Shown: piece after piece, positions 48,193 through 57,458 of the stretch
How positions within the stretch are numbered: the first letter of the stretch is position 1
Layout: the number at the start of each line of letters is the position of its first letter
DNA from: an uncultured Alphaproteobacteria bacterium
Lineage (GTDB): Bacteria > Pseudomonadota > Alphaproteobacteria > RF32 > CAG-239
Length of the DNA stretch: 64,000 nucleotides
Direction: 5' to 3'
NCBI GenBank assembly: GCA_949493535.1
Contig: CASZWJ010000008.1
Span: forward strand, 345 to 64,344
The notes under the pieces: model-generated
Seen by the model: only the letters and a program-made list of their open reading frames with translations
Database searches by the model: none
Told to the model about the DNA's origin: nothing
Position numbers and translations under genes: made by a program

Positions 48193-49119
48193 ATGATGCC
48201 TGCTCAAAAGAAATTCAAATTGGGAAATTTAAAGAATTATGCAATAGTTGCCGTAGCCGCATTTTCTGTTATGGGAACGCCGTCCAAGCTTCAGGCGCAG
48301 AATAATGTTAAGCCTGAAATTGAACATTTTAATTTGAAAAAGGCTTCTGAGCGGGATAAAGCCCTTTATAATGCAATAACGAATGTCTTGGAAATCAAAT
48401 ATTCGGAAGAAGAGGCTGCGACAAAAGCCGGTCAGATTATGTCTCAAACCTCTGAATTCAGTCAGGAACAGGCAAATAATTACATCCGCTTTACGGTCGA
48501 GAAGCTTATGGGCGATGAATATCGCGAAGCCATGGAAAAAGCCAAAAGAGAAGTCGACGGAAATATTGAAACCCGAGAGCCTGAAAAAGCAAAGGAAGGT
48601 CAGGGCGGTCAGAAAACAGTTACTCGGAATAAGTTTGGCAAAGAAGAAAAAACGGTTGTTGAAGGCGGCAATAAAGTGACCACAACTATTGTTGAAGAAA
48701 AAGTGTTCAGAATTGGAGATTTAACGCCGGCAGAACGGGCGGATTTTAATAAAATGCTGAATAAAATCAAAGTTGCTTATGAACTGCGCGGTAAGATCAA
48801 TAAGAATCTGATAAATATGCAGGCTCAGCATAATGCGCAAGCCGCTTTCATGAGTTCTTCCCGCGAAAAGCTTTTCGAAGCGGCTGTTCGCGGCATAAAG
48901 TTCCGCGATATAGATGATAAATCTTTTGCCGCCTTTAATCCTAAAACCGGAGAAGGCAGAATTTTTGCTCCGCGAGACGAAATGTCCCGAGTTCAAAAAC
49001 AGGTTGAAAAAGCCGGCGGAATTGAATCTTTTGTAATGGAAGTTCAAAAGAAAAAAGCCAATACCGGCGAAACAAAAGGAAATATACCGTTGATTTCTTT
49101 AGACGGAAACATCCGTTAA
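48193..49119 (+). CDS. Secreted 308-aa orphan protein, E/K-rich
   Basis: Signal-like N-terminus (YAIVAVAAFSVMGTPSKLQAQ), with an RBS AAGGAG upstream. Confidence 0.6.
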   Translation: MMPAQKKFKLGNLKNYAIVAVAAFSVMGTPSKLQAQNNVKPEIEHFNLKKASERDKALYNAITNVLEIKYSEEEAATKAGQIMSQTSEFSQEQANNYIRFTVEKLMGDEYREAMEKAKREVDGNIETREPEKAKEGQGGQKTVTRNKFGKEEKTVVEGGNKVTTTIVEEKVFRIGDLTPAERADFNKMLNKIKVAYELRGKINKNLINMQAQHNAQAAFMSSSREKLFEAAVRGIKFRDIDDKSFAAFNPKTGEGRIFAPRDEMSRVQKQVEKAGGIESFVMEVQKKKANTGETKGNIPLISLDGNIR

Positions 49120-49123
49120 AATA

Positions 49124-49152
49124 AAAACCCCGAAAATTTTCGGGGTTTTTGT
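49124..49152. terminator. Bidirectional terminator
   Basis: AAAACCCCGAAAATTTTCGGGGTTTT. Confidence 0.85.
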
Positions 49153-50244
49153 TTAAGCTTCAATGTATTTTCTTAAATAACGCGTATTTTTGCCGATACG
49201 GGATAAAATTTCATAAGAAATTGTTCCGGCATCGCGCCCCATATCGTCAAGCGTATAAAAATCATCAATCAAATAAGCTAAATCGCCGACTTTGAGTGCG
49301 TCAACATTGGTTACGTCGCAAATGATGTTATCCATTGACACGCGTCCGATAATCCTTGCTTCGCTGAGTTTGCCGAGCGTTTTAAAAAATACTTTTCCCA
49401 CATTGGAGAGAGAACGGGGAATACCGTCGCCGTAGCCGATTGAAATAATGGCAATCTTGCGCGGGGAATTAGCCCGATAGGTTGCGGAATAGCCGACAAA
49501 TTCGCCGACAGATAAATCTTCAACCTGCAAAACCGGCGCTTTGAGATAAACCACGTTCTTCATTTGGTTTTCGCGGTACGGTGCGGTATTGATGCCATAC
49601 ATTGCGGCACCGAGACGTACAATATCCTGTTGAAAGGCGATGCCGAGAAAAACGCCGTCGGAAGCAGACAAAGACCCCGGAATTTTGGGAAAGAACTCTT
49701 CTTTCAGACGGCAAAAATTATCCAGTTGGTGCTTATTCATAAAATGGTCTTTTTCATCGCCGCAGGCCAGATGAGACATAACCAGCCCAAACTCTTTTCG
49801 CTCGCTTTCGCTCAGGTTTTTCAGCTCTTTTTCTCGAAATCCCAAACGATTCAGCCCCGTTTCAATATGAATGACCGGTTTAATGCCGTCAATGCGGTTT
49901 TCTTTCCAGTATTCAAGCATTTCGGGCGAACTGATTACCGGAATCAATTTTAATCTTTGGAAAATTTCCAAACTGTCTTGCCCGATTCCCTGTAAAACAT
50001 AAATAGACGCGTCCGGAACGAATTTTTTAATTTTTTCCCCCTCAACGGCATGGGCAACAAAAAAATTGCGGCACTGCGCCTTTTCATATAAAGTTCTGGC
50101 AACGATTTCGGCATTCAAACCGTAAGCGTCATCCTTGACAACGGCGGCGGCGGTCGATTTGTTTGCCAGTTGTTGCAATTGTTTATAATTGTCTACCAAA
50201 TGGTTTAGATTGATTTCTAAAATTGGTCTTGTCAAAATACTCAT
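49153..50244 (-). CDS. alr: Alanine racemase
   Basis: PLP-lysine motif AVVKDDAYG and a C-terminal beta domain; 363 aa. Confidence 0.9.
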   Translation of the reverse strand: MSILTRPILEINLNHLVDNYKQLQQLANKSTAAAVVKDDAYGLNAEIVARTLYEKAQCRNFFVAHAVEGEKIKKFVPDASIYVLQGIGQDSLEIFQRLKLIPVISSPEMLEYWKENRIDGIKPVIHIETGLNRLGFREKELKNLSESERKEFGLVMSHLACGDEKDHFMNKHQLDNFCRLKEEFFPKIPGSLSASDGVFLGIAFQQDIVRLGAAMYGINTAPYRENQMKNVVYLKAPVLQVEDLSVGEFVGYSATYRANSPRKIAIISIGYGDGIPRSLSNVGKVFFKTLGKLSEARIIGRVSMDNIICDVTNVDALKVGDLAYLIDDFYTLDDMGRDAGTISYEILSRIGKNTRYLRKYIEA

Positions 50245-50298
50245 AATTAACTAAAATCCTTTCCAATTTAACGTATTTTTCGTTCAGGAAAAATTTAA

Positions 50299-51045
50299 GT
50301 GAAGTTTATCGACACTCACATTCATTTGCAAGACTATAAACAAAAATGTGCAACGGATATTATTGCTTCGGCAAAGGCTTCCGGCGCAGAGAAATTAGTC
50401 TGCGCGGCAATTGTCGAAAAAGACTGGGAACGGATTGCCTCTTTGGCAGAAAGTAATCCCGATTTTGTTATTCCGGCATTTGGGCTGCATCCGTGGTATT
50501 TGGAAGAGGCAAATAAAGGTTGGGAACAGCGTTTGGAAAGCTTTTTAAGCCGTTTTCCGTCGGCATTGGTAGGTGAAACCGGACTTGACCGTATCCGTTT
50601 TCGGGAAAAAGAACCTCAGTTCCAAATTTTTCAAACCCATGTTGCTTTGGCAAAAAAACATTGCCGCCCGTTATTGATACATGCCGTAAAAGCCGCGGAA
50701 TGGCTGGAGGAATGTTGGAATAATCTGCCGCAAAAATTTGTGATGCACTCTTTCAACGGGCGTTTTGAGTTAATGCAAAAAGCCTTGGCTGCCGGCAGTT
50801 TTATTTCTTTTTCCGCGTCAATTTTTGCCAATGCGGATAAAGAGCGGATTATCTCGTCTGTTCCGGCGGACAAGCTTTTGGTCGAGACCGACGGTCCGTA
50901 TCAGGCAGCGGAAAAGGGGGCTGAAAGCGAACCATCTTCCATTCCCGAACAAATAGAAAAGATAGCCAGTATCCGCGGAGAAGAGCCGGAGAAGCAGGCA
51001 GAACAAATCTTAAAAAATTCTTTGGAGTTTATAAAGCCATGGTAG
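50299..51045 (+). CDS. tatD: TatD-family metal-dependent hydrolase
   Basis: GTG start, then KFIDTHIHL and the HxH, H and D metal-ligand pattern. Confidence 0.8.
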   Translation: MKFIDTHIHLQDYKQKCATDIIASAKASGAEKLVCAAIVEKDWERIASLAESNPDFVIPAFGLHPWYLEEANKGWEQRLESFLSRFPSALVGETGLDRIRFREKEPQFQIFQTHVALAKKHCRPLLIHAVKAAEWLEECWNNLPQKFVMHSFNGRFELMQKALAAGSFISFSASIFANADKERIISSVPADKLLVETDGPYQAAEKGAESEPSSIPEQIEKIASIRGEEPEKQAEQILKNSLEFIKPW

Positions 51046-51782
51046 ATGAGAGGTTTTTAAGAACCAAACTTTTGCTCGGAGAAGAAGGGCTTGAAAAGCT
51101 GAAAAATTCGACGGTTATGGTGATAGGGCTCGGAGCCGTCGGCGGCTATGCGCTGGAAGCTTTGGCGCGTTCAGGGGTCGGACACCTGGTTTTGGTTGAT
51201 TTTGACAGTTTTGATTTAACCAATATTAACCGGCAGATATTGGCTCTGAGTTCAACTGTCGGTCGCAAAAAAATTGATGTGGCGAAAGAACGCGCGCTTG
51301 ATATTAATCCTGAGTGCCATGTCGAAACCAAAGATTTGTTTGTCAATGCCGAAACTTTGCCGGAACTGTTGTCTGAGAAAGTAGATTTTGTTGTTGACGC
51401 GATAGATGCGCTTAACCCCAAATGCTGTTTGATTGAAGCTTTGCACAAAGCGCAAATTCCTTTCATCTCTTCCATGGGTGCCGCTCTGAAATCAGACCCG
51501 TCCTGTATTCACTATGGTAAATTAAGCGCGACCAAAAACTGCGGCTTATCCAAATTTATTCGCAAAAGGCTGAAAAAACGCGGCGTTGATATCAGCAAAA
51601 TTTATTGCGTCTCATCAGACGAACAGGTCGATTTGCCCGAAACCGCCATTATCTGTAATGAAGAGGGCGAAAATCCGAACGGGCGCAAGCGAAACACTTT
51701 AGGTTCGCTGCCGACCATAACTGCAATTTTCGGCTTAACGATTGCCAATCAGGCTGTTAAAGAATTGATAAAGGACAAATAA
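51039..51782 (+). CDS. tcdA: ThiF/MoeB-fold tRNA threonylcarbamoyladenosine dehydratase-like protein
   Basis: GLGAVGG Rossmann motif and DFD...NINRQ; the ~247-aa length is typical of TcdA/CsdL. Overlaps the tatD stop by 7 nt. Confidence 0.65.
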   Translation: MVDERFLRTKLLLGEEGLEKLKNSTVMVIGLGAVGGYALEALARSGVGHLVLVDFDSFDLTNINRQILALSSTVGRKKIDVAKERALDINPECHVETKDLFVNAETLPELLSEKVDFVVDAIDALNPKCCLIEALHKAQIPFISSMGAALKSDPSCIHYGKLSATKNCGLSKFIRKRLKKRGVDISKIYCVSSDEQVDLPETAIICNEEGENPNGRKRNTLGSLPTITAIFGLTIANQAVKELIKDK

Positions 51783-51783
51783 T

Positions 51784-52998
51784 ATGGAAAAAACGCCAAA
51801 ATCTCTCCGGCTGCATATTGCGCTTATGGGGCGCGTCAATTCGGGAAAATCAAGCTTTCTGAACTTAATAACCGGACAAGATATCTCAATAACTTCCGAA
51901 CAGGAAGGCACCACTACCGATGTGGTTGAAAAAAATCAGGAACTTTTGCCGCTCGGTCCCGTCACATGGTTAGATACGGCCGGTTTGGGCGACGCAACGG
52001 AATTAGGGGAAAAGCGTCTGGCAAAAACTGCTGCCGCTTTTGACCGCAGCGATATTGTCATTTTGGTATGCGAAGGCAACAAAATCGGAGAATATGAAGA
52101 AAAGATTATCGCCGAAGCCGCAGAACGCAAACTGCCGTTAATCAAAATTTTTAACAAAGCGGATATGTATCCGTCGGAGGGCGGGGGTATCAGCGTTGTT
52201 TCAACGGACAAAGGCAGTCGCGATAAAATTTTAAATCAGCTAAAGGCCGAGTTGATAAAAGTTTGTCCGGAAGATTTTATCAATACGCCGGCCGTTTTAG
52301 GAGATTTGGCGCCGGAACACAGCCAGATTGTCATGATTGTTCCGATAGATTTTGAAGCGCCGAAAGGCCGTTTGATTATGCCGCAGGTTCAGGCTGTCCG
52401 CGACGGGCTGGATCATAACCAGATTGTAACTGTTGTCAAAGAAAATGATTATGTTCGGGCGTTGGAAAATATGAAAACGCAGCCGGCCTTGGTTGTTTGT
52501 GATTCGCAGGTTGTTGACTTTATGGTTGAAAAGACGCCGAAAAACATTCCCTGCACCACTTTTTCGATTTTATTTGCCCGCTTGAAAGGGGATATTATTA
52601 AACTGGTGGAAGGTGCGGCCGCAATCAGCCGTTTGCAGGACGGAGATAAAGTTTTAATAGCGGAATCCTGTACGCATCACGCCGTGGAAGATGACATCGG
52701 CCGTGTTAAAATTCCGCGCTGGCTGACGGCTAAAACCGGCAAAAAATTAGAAATTAACCATGTGGCCGGACATGATTTTCCGGCAGATTTGGCAGATTAT
52801 AAATTGGTCGTTCAATGCGGCGGCTGCATGCATAACCGCCGGGAGATTCTTTCTCGCATCAATAAATGCGAAAGCCTGAATGTGCCGATTACCAATTACG
52901 GCGTTTGCATTTCTGAGCTGAAAGGCGTTTTGGAACGCGTTTTGCAGCCTTTTCCTCAAGCATTAAAAAAATATCAAACTATGAAGAAAGCGGCTTAA
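51784..52998 (+). CDS. hydF: [FeFe]-hydrogenase maturation GTPase HydF
   Basis: G1 GRVNSGKSS, G3 DTAG, NKAD, and a C-terminal FeS ligand pattern CTHH...QCGGC. Starts 1 nt after the tcdA stop. Confidence 0.75.
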   Translation: MEKTPKSLRLHIALMGRVNSGKSSFLNLITGQDISITSEQEGTTTDVVEKNQELLPLGPVTWLDTAGLGDATELGEKRLAKTAAAFDRSDIVILVCEGNKIGEYEEKIIAEAAERKLPLIKIFNKADMYPSEGGGISVVSTDKGSRDKILNQLKAELIKVCPEDFINTPAVLGDLAPEHSQIVMIVPIDFEAPKGRLIMPQVQAVRDGLDHNQIVTVVKENDYVRALENMKTQPALVVCDSQVVDFMVEKTPKNIPCTTFSILFARLKGDIIKLVEGAAAISRLQDGDKVLIAESCTHHAVEDDIGRVKIPRWLTAKTGKKLEINHVAGHDFPADLADYKLVVQCGGCMHNRREILSRINKCESLNVPITNYGVCISELKGVLERVLQPFPQALKKYQTMKKAA

Positions 52999-53087
52999 AA
53001 GTCCTTTTATTTTCTTGATATTAGGGCCTGAATAGAATAATTATTAAATAAATTTAAGCCTAAAGTTTGTTGGAATGGAATAAAAGA

Positions 53088-53954
53088 ATGAAAATGATAA
53101 AACCTATTGTCAATATTTCTAAGGTGATTGACAATTATGATGCTGTTGTTGTCGGATTTTCCGGCGTCTTGAGCGAAGGCGGCGATATTAAGTCAGAAGC
53201 TCTGAGCGCTTTGATTAATATAAAAAAGGCCGGCAAACAGATAATATTGCTTTCCAACAGTCCGTTGCGGGTTGCCTCTTTGGCAAAAATCCTTCATCAA
53301 AATAAAGTGCCTTTGGCGTTGTTTGATGCCGTGATTACCGCCGGAGAAATTCTGCATTATCATCTCAAAGCCGGCAGCGGAGATTACGGCGCTATCGGAA
53401 CAACTTATTACACAATCGGCAGCCAAGAAGAATTAGGCGTCTTTTCTCAGTTGGATTTTGCGGCGGCAGATGAGCTCTCCAAGGCAGATTTTTTATATAT
53501 GGGCGGCGTTAATGCCGTTGAAGATACGATAGATACTTATCGTCCGCTTTTGGAGCATGCGGCCAGTCTGGCAATGCCGTTAGTCTGCGCCGGCAACGAC
53601 ACTTCAACTTACAAAAACGGCAAAGTTTGTTTGGCCTCGGGGGCAATTGCCGAACAATATGCCATTCTCGGCGGAAAAATCATAACTGTCGGCAAGCCGG
53701 ATATAAAGGTTATGGAATATGCGCTCGACGGTATTGAAGACTTGAACAAAGCCCGTGTTTTGCTAATCGGCGACAATTTGACGACAGATATCAAAGGGGC
53801 AAATTTGGCGGGGATTCATTCTGCTTTGGTTTCTAAAGGCGTTCATGTTAATTTTTTGGGCGAGGGATATATTCCGGATGTGGCCAAAACCCGTGAACTC
53901 TCGACTAATTTTGATACCAGCCCCGACTATGTCATTTCTAATCTGAGGTGGTAA
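53088..53954 (+). CDS. HAD-IIA-like protein (TIGR01459-like) lacking the nucleophilic Asp
   Basis: Motif II LLSNS and motif IV GDNLTTDIKGA are present. Motif I reads VVVGFSGVL where the family has hhhD.(W/F)GV. Confidence 0.6.
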   Translation: MKMIKPIVNISKVIDNYDAVVVGFSGVLSEGGDIKSEALSALINIKKAGKQIILLSNSPLRVASLAKILHQNKVPLALFDAVITAGEILHYHLKAGSGDYGAIGTTYYTIGSQEELGVFSQLDFAAADELSKADFLYMGGVNAVEDTIDTYRPLLEHAASLAMPLVCAGNDTSTYKNGKVCLASGAIAEQYAILGGKIITVGKPDIKVMEYALDGIEDLNKARVLLIGDNLTTDIKGANLAGIHSALVSKGVHVNFLGEGYIPDVAKTRELSTNFDTSPDYVISNLRW

Positions 53955-53958
53955 TTTG

Positions 53959-54528
53959 ATGAAGCTGTCTCGGGCGCAAATTGCAGCTGTTCTTGTTTCT
54001 GCAATTATAATTTTTGCAATTTCGTGGAAATGCTGCCATTATACGGAGACAGGCTATGCTCCGTCTTATCCCGATAATATTGTGTCCGTTTCTAAAGAAA
54101 TTTCGGCAGATGAGTTAAATGCTTTTCTGAAAACATTGCGCCGTTACCGGCAAGAAAAAATAGATGAACTGGGTTTTGCCGATATCTCAATGGTCGGCGG
54201 CGCGTCTTTGGCTGAGGCCAACCCTGTTGTGGCACGCTGGCTGCGGCGCAAAGGGTGGAATGCCGAACGTTTTTTCTATATTGAAAACCGTGTTCGTACA
54301 ATTGTTGCGACAATCTCAAGAGATGAAGAAATTGCCGGAAATCGCCGGTTAATGCTGGAACAGGCGCAGATGCTGGAGAATAAGGAGCTGGCAGAGGCTT
54401 TGCTGAGAAATGCCGAAGAGCAGAATAAAAAATTCAATATTGAGCGCATTTCTAACTCTGAATATAAGCTTGTTAAGCCGAGAATAGAAGAAATTAACAT
54501 TTTGCTTGATGGGCAAAAAGCTAATTAG
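53959..54528 (+). CDS. Membrane-anchored hypothetical protein
   Basis: N-terminal TM helix (IAAVLVSAIIIFAISW). The 3' end overlaps the convergent ABC-F gene by 8 nt. Confidence 0.5.
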   Translation: MKLSRAQIAAVLVSAIIIFAISWKCCHYTETGYAPSYPDNIVSVSKEISADELNAFLKTLRRYRQEKIDELGFADISMVGGASLAEANPVVARWLRRKGWNAERFFYIENRVRTIVATISRDEEIAGNRRLMLEQAQMLENKELAEALLRNAEEQNKKFNIERISNSEYKLVKPRIEEINILLDGQKAN

Positions 54529-56338
54529 CCGCGTCTAATTCTTCTTTTAATGCTTGGATTTCCAGCCATTGGTTTTCTGCCGCTTCGCAGTCTTTTTGCA
54601 GTTTGACAAGTTCGGCGCTCAGCTTTTCAAATTTTTCACGATTTGTATTGTATAAATCGCCGTCGCAAAGCTGTTGCTCCGTTTCATGGATTTTTTGTTC
54701 ATAATCGCTGACCTGCTGCGGCAGAACTTCAAGAAGGCGCTGCTGGTTATAGCTGAGTTTACTGGCTTTTTTCTGCGTTTGCGGCTGTGGGGCGGGTTTG
54801 GCTTGGATGCTTTTTTTCACATTTTTTGCCGGTGCCGGCTTTTCTGCCAGTTTTTGTAACAGCTCGCTGTAACTGCCTGCATGTTCATAGATGCTGCCGT
54901 CGCCTTTCATATAAATAACCGAACTGGCAACACGGTCAAGGAAATCTCGGTCATGGCTGACAATCAGCATGGTGCCTTCATAATCGCTGAGAACCTCTTG
55001 CAAAAGGTCAAGCGTATCCATATCCAAATCGTTGGTTGGCTCGTCCAGAACCAAAAAATTTGACGGTTGTGCCAGAGAAACGGCTAACATCAGTCGGTTT
55101 TTCTCGCCTCCGGACAATGCCGAAACCGGACAATGAGCCTGATCGGGGCGGAACAGAAAGTCTTTCAGATAAGCGACAACATGGCGATATTGTCCGCGGA
55201 CAAGGATATGGTCGCCTTTGTCGCACAAAGTCTGCCAAAGCGTTTTCTTCGGGTCGAGGCTTAGCCTGTTTTGGTCAAAATAAGCTTCTTCAAGGTTCTT
55301 GCCCAAACGCACAAAGCCGGAATCCGGCGCCAGACGTTTGGTAAGAAGTTTGATGAGCGTTGTTTTTCCGGCACCGTTCGGCCCGACAATGCCGATTTTG
55401 TTGCCCTTTATAATTCGGGTGGAAAAATCTTTGACAATTTCCCTCTCGCCGAAAGCTTTGCAGATATGTTTAGCTTCAATCACCAGTTTGGAACGAAAAT
55501 CGCCTTCTTCGACATTCAAATCAATATTGCAGATTTGCTTGATTTGTTCTTTGCGCTCGGCACGAAGCTGATATAAACGGCGCAGGCGCCCTTGGTTGCG
55601 CCGCCGTCTGGCTGTCACGCCTTTATGCAGCCATTCGGTTTCTTCTTCAATTTTTTTATTAAGGTTTTTTTGCTCGATGATTTCTTGGTCAATAACCTGT
55701 TCCTGCCATTCTTCAAAATGGCTGAATCCTTTGTTGTTGCGCCGCATGATACCGCGGTCGAGCCAGAAAGTCGTTTGCGAAATATTGTTTAAAAACATGC
55801 GGTCGTGCGAAATAACGACGACGGCTCCTTGAAAGCGGGCAATTATTTTTTCTAAAGTTTCAATCGTGGCAATATCTAAGTGGTTGGTCGGTTCGTCAAG
55901 CAGCAAAATATCAGGGCTGTCAACTAATGTCTTTGCCAAAGCGGCTTTGCGGCGTTCGCCGCCGGAAGCGGTGGCGGGGTCGGCTTCGGCAGCAATATCA
56001 AATTGCTGAATAAGCATGTCTGCCTTATATTCCTGCCCTTCGCCGTTAAGGGGCAATCCGGATAAAACGACGTCGCGCAAGGTTTTATACCCGCTGAAAT
56101 CGGGTTCTTGCGGCATATAAGCCGTTTTAACGCCGGGCTGGATAAAAATTTCGCCTGCATCAGGTTCGATAATGCCGGAAATCACTTTAAGAAGGGTCGA
56201 CTTTCCCGAACCGTTGCGGCCGACTAAAGAAATTTTGTCGCCGGCATTTATATATAAGTCAACATTGCTGAAAAGCTGATTTGTGCCGAAACTGAGTTCG
56301 GCCCCTTTAATCGCATAAATCGGCGGAGCTGCTTCCAT
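54521..56338 (-). CDS. ABC-F family ATPase (Uup-like, with C-terminal coiled coil)
   Basis: Two cassettes (GRNGSGKST / ASGGERRK; GPNGAGKTT / LSGGEKNR), no TM domain, and a K/Q-rich C-terminal coiled coil. Confidence 0.85.
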   Translation of the reverse strand: MEAAPPIYAIKGAELSFGTNQLFSNVDLYINAGDKISLVGRNGSGKSTLLKVISGIIEPDAGEIFIQPGVKTAYMPQEPDFSGYKTLRDVVLSGLPLNGEGQEYKADMLIQQFDIAAEADPATASGGERRKAALAKTLVDSPDILLLDEPTNHLDIATIETLEKIIARFQGAVVVISHDRMFLNNISQTTFWLDRGIMRRNNKGFSHFEEWQEQVIDQEIIEQKNLNKKIEEETEWLHKGVTARRRRNQGRLRRLYQLRAERKEQIKQICNIDLNVEEGDFRSKLVIEAKHICKAFGEREIVKDFSTRIIKGNKIGIVGPNGAGKTTLIKLLTKRLAPDSGFVRLGKNLEEAYFDQNRLSLDPKKTLWQTLCDKGDHILVRGQYRHVVAYLKDFLFRPDQAHCPVSALSGGEKNRLMLAVSLAQPSNFLVLDEPTNDLDMDTLDLLQEVLSDYEGTMLIVSHDRDFLDRVASSVIYMKGDGSIYEHAGSYSELLQKLAEKPAPAKNVKKSIQAKPAPQPQTQKKASKLSYNQQRLLEVLPQQVSDYEQKIHETEQQLCDGDLYNTNREKFEKLSAELVKLQKDCEAAENQWLEIQALKEELDAAN

Positions 56339-56340
56339 AA

Positions 56341-56763
56341 TTACAAGTCTTCTTCAACCAGTTTGACGCTTTCAATTTGCCACTCGACGCCTTTAGCTGC
56401 CCAAAGGAAAAAGTCGTCTATTTTATCAACGGAAATTCCCGTTTTGGTGCCGATATCGTAAATTGTGTCGACTTCGGTATCCGAAAGTTCATGGTCGGCA
56501 ATAGCCAGCATAATCATCTCGCGCAGAATATAACGTCTGATGCGGACATCTTTAATGCTGTTCAGCCGATTGATTATGTCAACGGCTTTAAGGGCGCTTT
56601 TGGTTTTCAGGCGCCGCATGTCGTAGCCCATTTCAAAAGCCTGAAGTTTCAAATAATTTATCTTGATGTCGTTAGGCTTTTTATCAATGTTGAGAATATA
56701 TCCCAAAGCATCAAGGAGAATATTTTTTTGCTGGTCGCTGAATTCTTTTTTTTGAATAGCCAT
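56341..56763 (-). CDS. TerB-like (DjlA N-domain-like) small helical protein
   Basis: Start MAIQKKEF. The pattern ...LAIADHELSDTEVDTIYDIG... resembles the TerB fold. It lies 2 nt upstream of the ABC-F start. Confidence 0.4.
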   Translation of the reverse strand: MAIQKKEFSDQQKNILLDALGYILNIDKKPNDIKINYLKLQAFEMGYDMRRLKTKSALKAVDIINRLNSIKDVRIRRYILREMIMLAIADHELSDTEVDTIYDIGTKTGISVDKIDDFFLWAAKGVEWQIESVKLVEEDL

Positions 56764-56896
56764 GAAAATTCTTTCGATTGTACACAATTAAACCGCTTTG
56801 TTTATATAATAGAAAATAAAGATTTGCAAAAAAAAATAAAACAATTATATAATAGCCACAGTTTTGTTAATAAAATATTAAGATATGGAGTAGGCC

Positions 56897-57295
56897 ATGC
56901 CCTTGAAAATTGAACTGAAACCGCACGAAAGCATTATTATCGGGGAATCTCTGATTACCAATGACGGCGAGCGCACCCGTTTTTATATTGAGGGCAATGT
57001 TCCTATCTTGCGCGAGAAGTTTATTCTGCGTGAAAAAGAGGCTGATACGCCGAGCAAAAGGGTTTATTTTGTCGTTCAACAGATGTATTTGTCAAAAAAT
57101 GCCGAGAAGCTGCGCCCGATTTATCTTGAATATGTCCGCGATTTGCAAAATGCGGCGCCGAGTTTGATACCTTATATTTCTGTTGTTAATGACAATATTA
57201 TCAATGAGGACTATTACAGCGCGATTAAAAATGCCGATAAGCTGGTGAAAAAAGAAGACGAATTGTTCGGCAAGGCGCTGCGCGGAGATCTTTAG
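56897..57295 (+). CDS. flbT: Flagellar biosynthesis repressor FlbT
   Basis: MPLKIELKPHESIIIGESLITNDGERTRFYIEGNVPILREK is the characteristic FlbT N-terminus. Located immediately upstream of the flagellin genes. Confidence 0.85.
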   Translation: MPLKIELKPHESIIIGESLITNDGERTRFYIEGNVPILREKFILREKEADTPSKRVYFVVQQMYLSKNAEKLRPIYLEYVRDLQNAAPSLIPYISVVNDNIINEDYYSAIKNADKLVKKEDELFGKALRGDL

Positions 57296-57413
57296 TCTAT
57301 AAAATTGTGGATAATTGCGTAAATTGTCTAACAATTATCAAAAAAAATTAATACTTTGTTAATAACGGGTGCGGCGCCTGCTAAAGGGTGGCCGTATTGA
57401 GAGTAACAGAAGC

Positions 57414-57429
57414 TGCCCTGAGCAGGGCA
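57414..57429 (+). promoter_or_regulatory. 5'-UTR hairpin of flagellin 1
   Basis: TGCCCT-gagc-AGGGCA, about 30 nt upstream of the ATG. Confidence 0.4.
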
Positions 57430-57458
57430 TATATTTCGCAGTATTGGGAACAAAGAAC

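Noticed and set aside
57369-57458. N-terminal extensions proposed by the ORF track (flagellin 1 from 57369, fba from 13422, the ferritin-like gene from 16183, spmAB from 22194, batA from 34277, and others).
   Set aside because: In each case an internal start has a proper RBS, family-typical N-termini (for example, MADISL is identical in both flagellins), or ATGA/TAATG coupling to the upstream gene.
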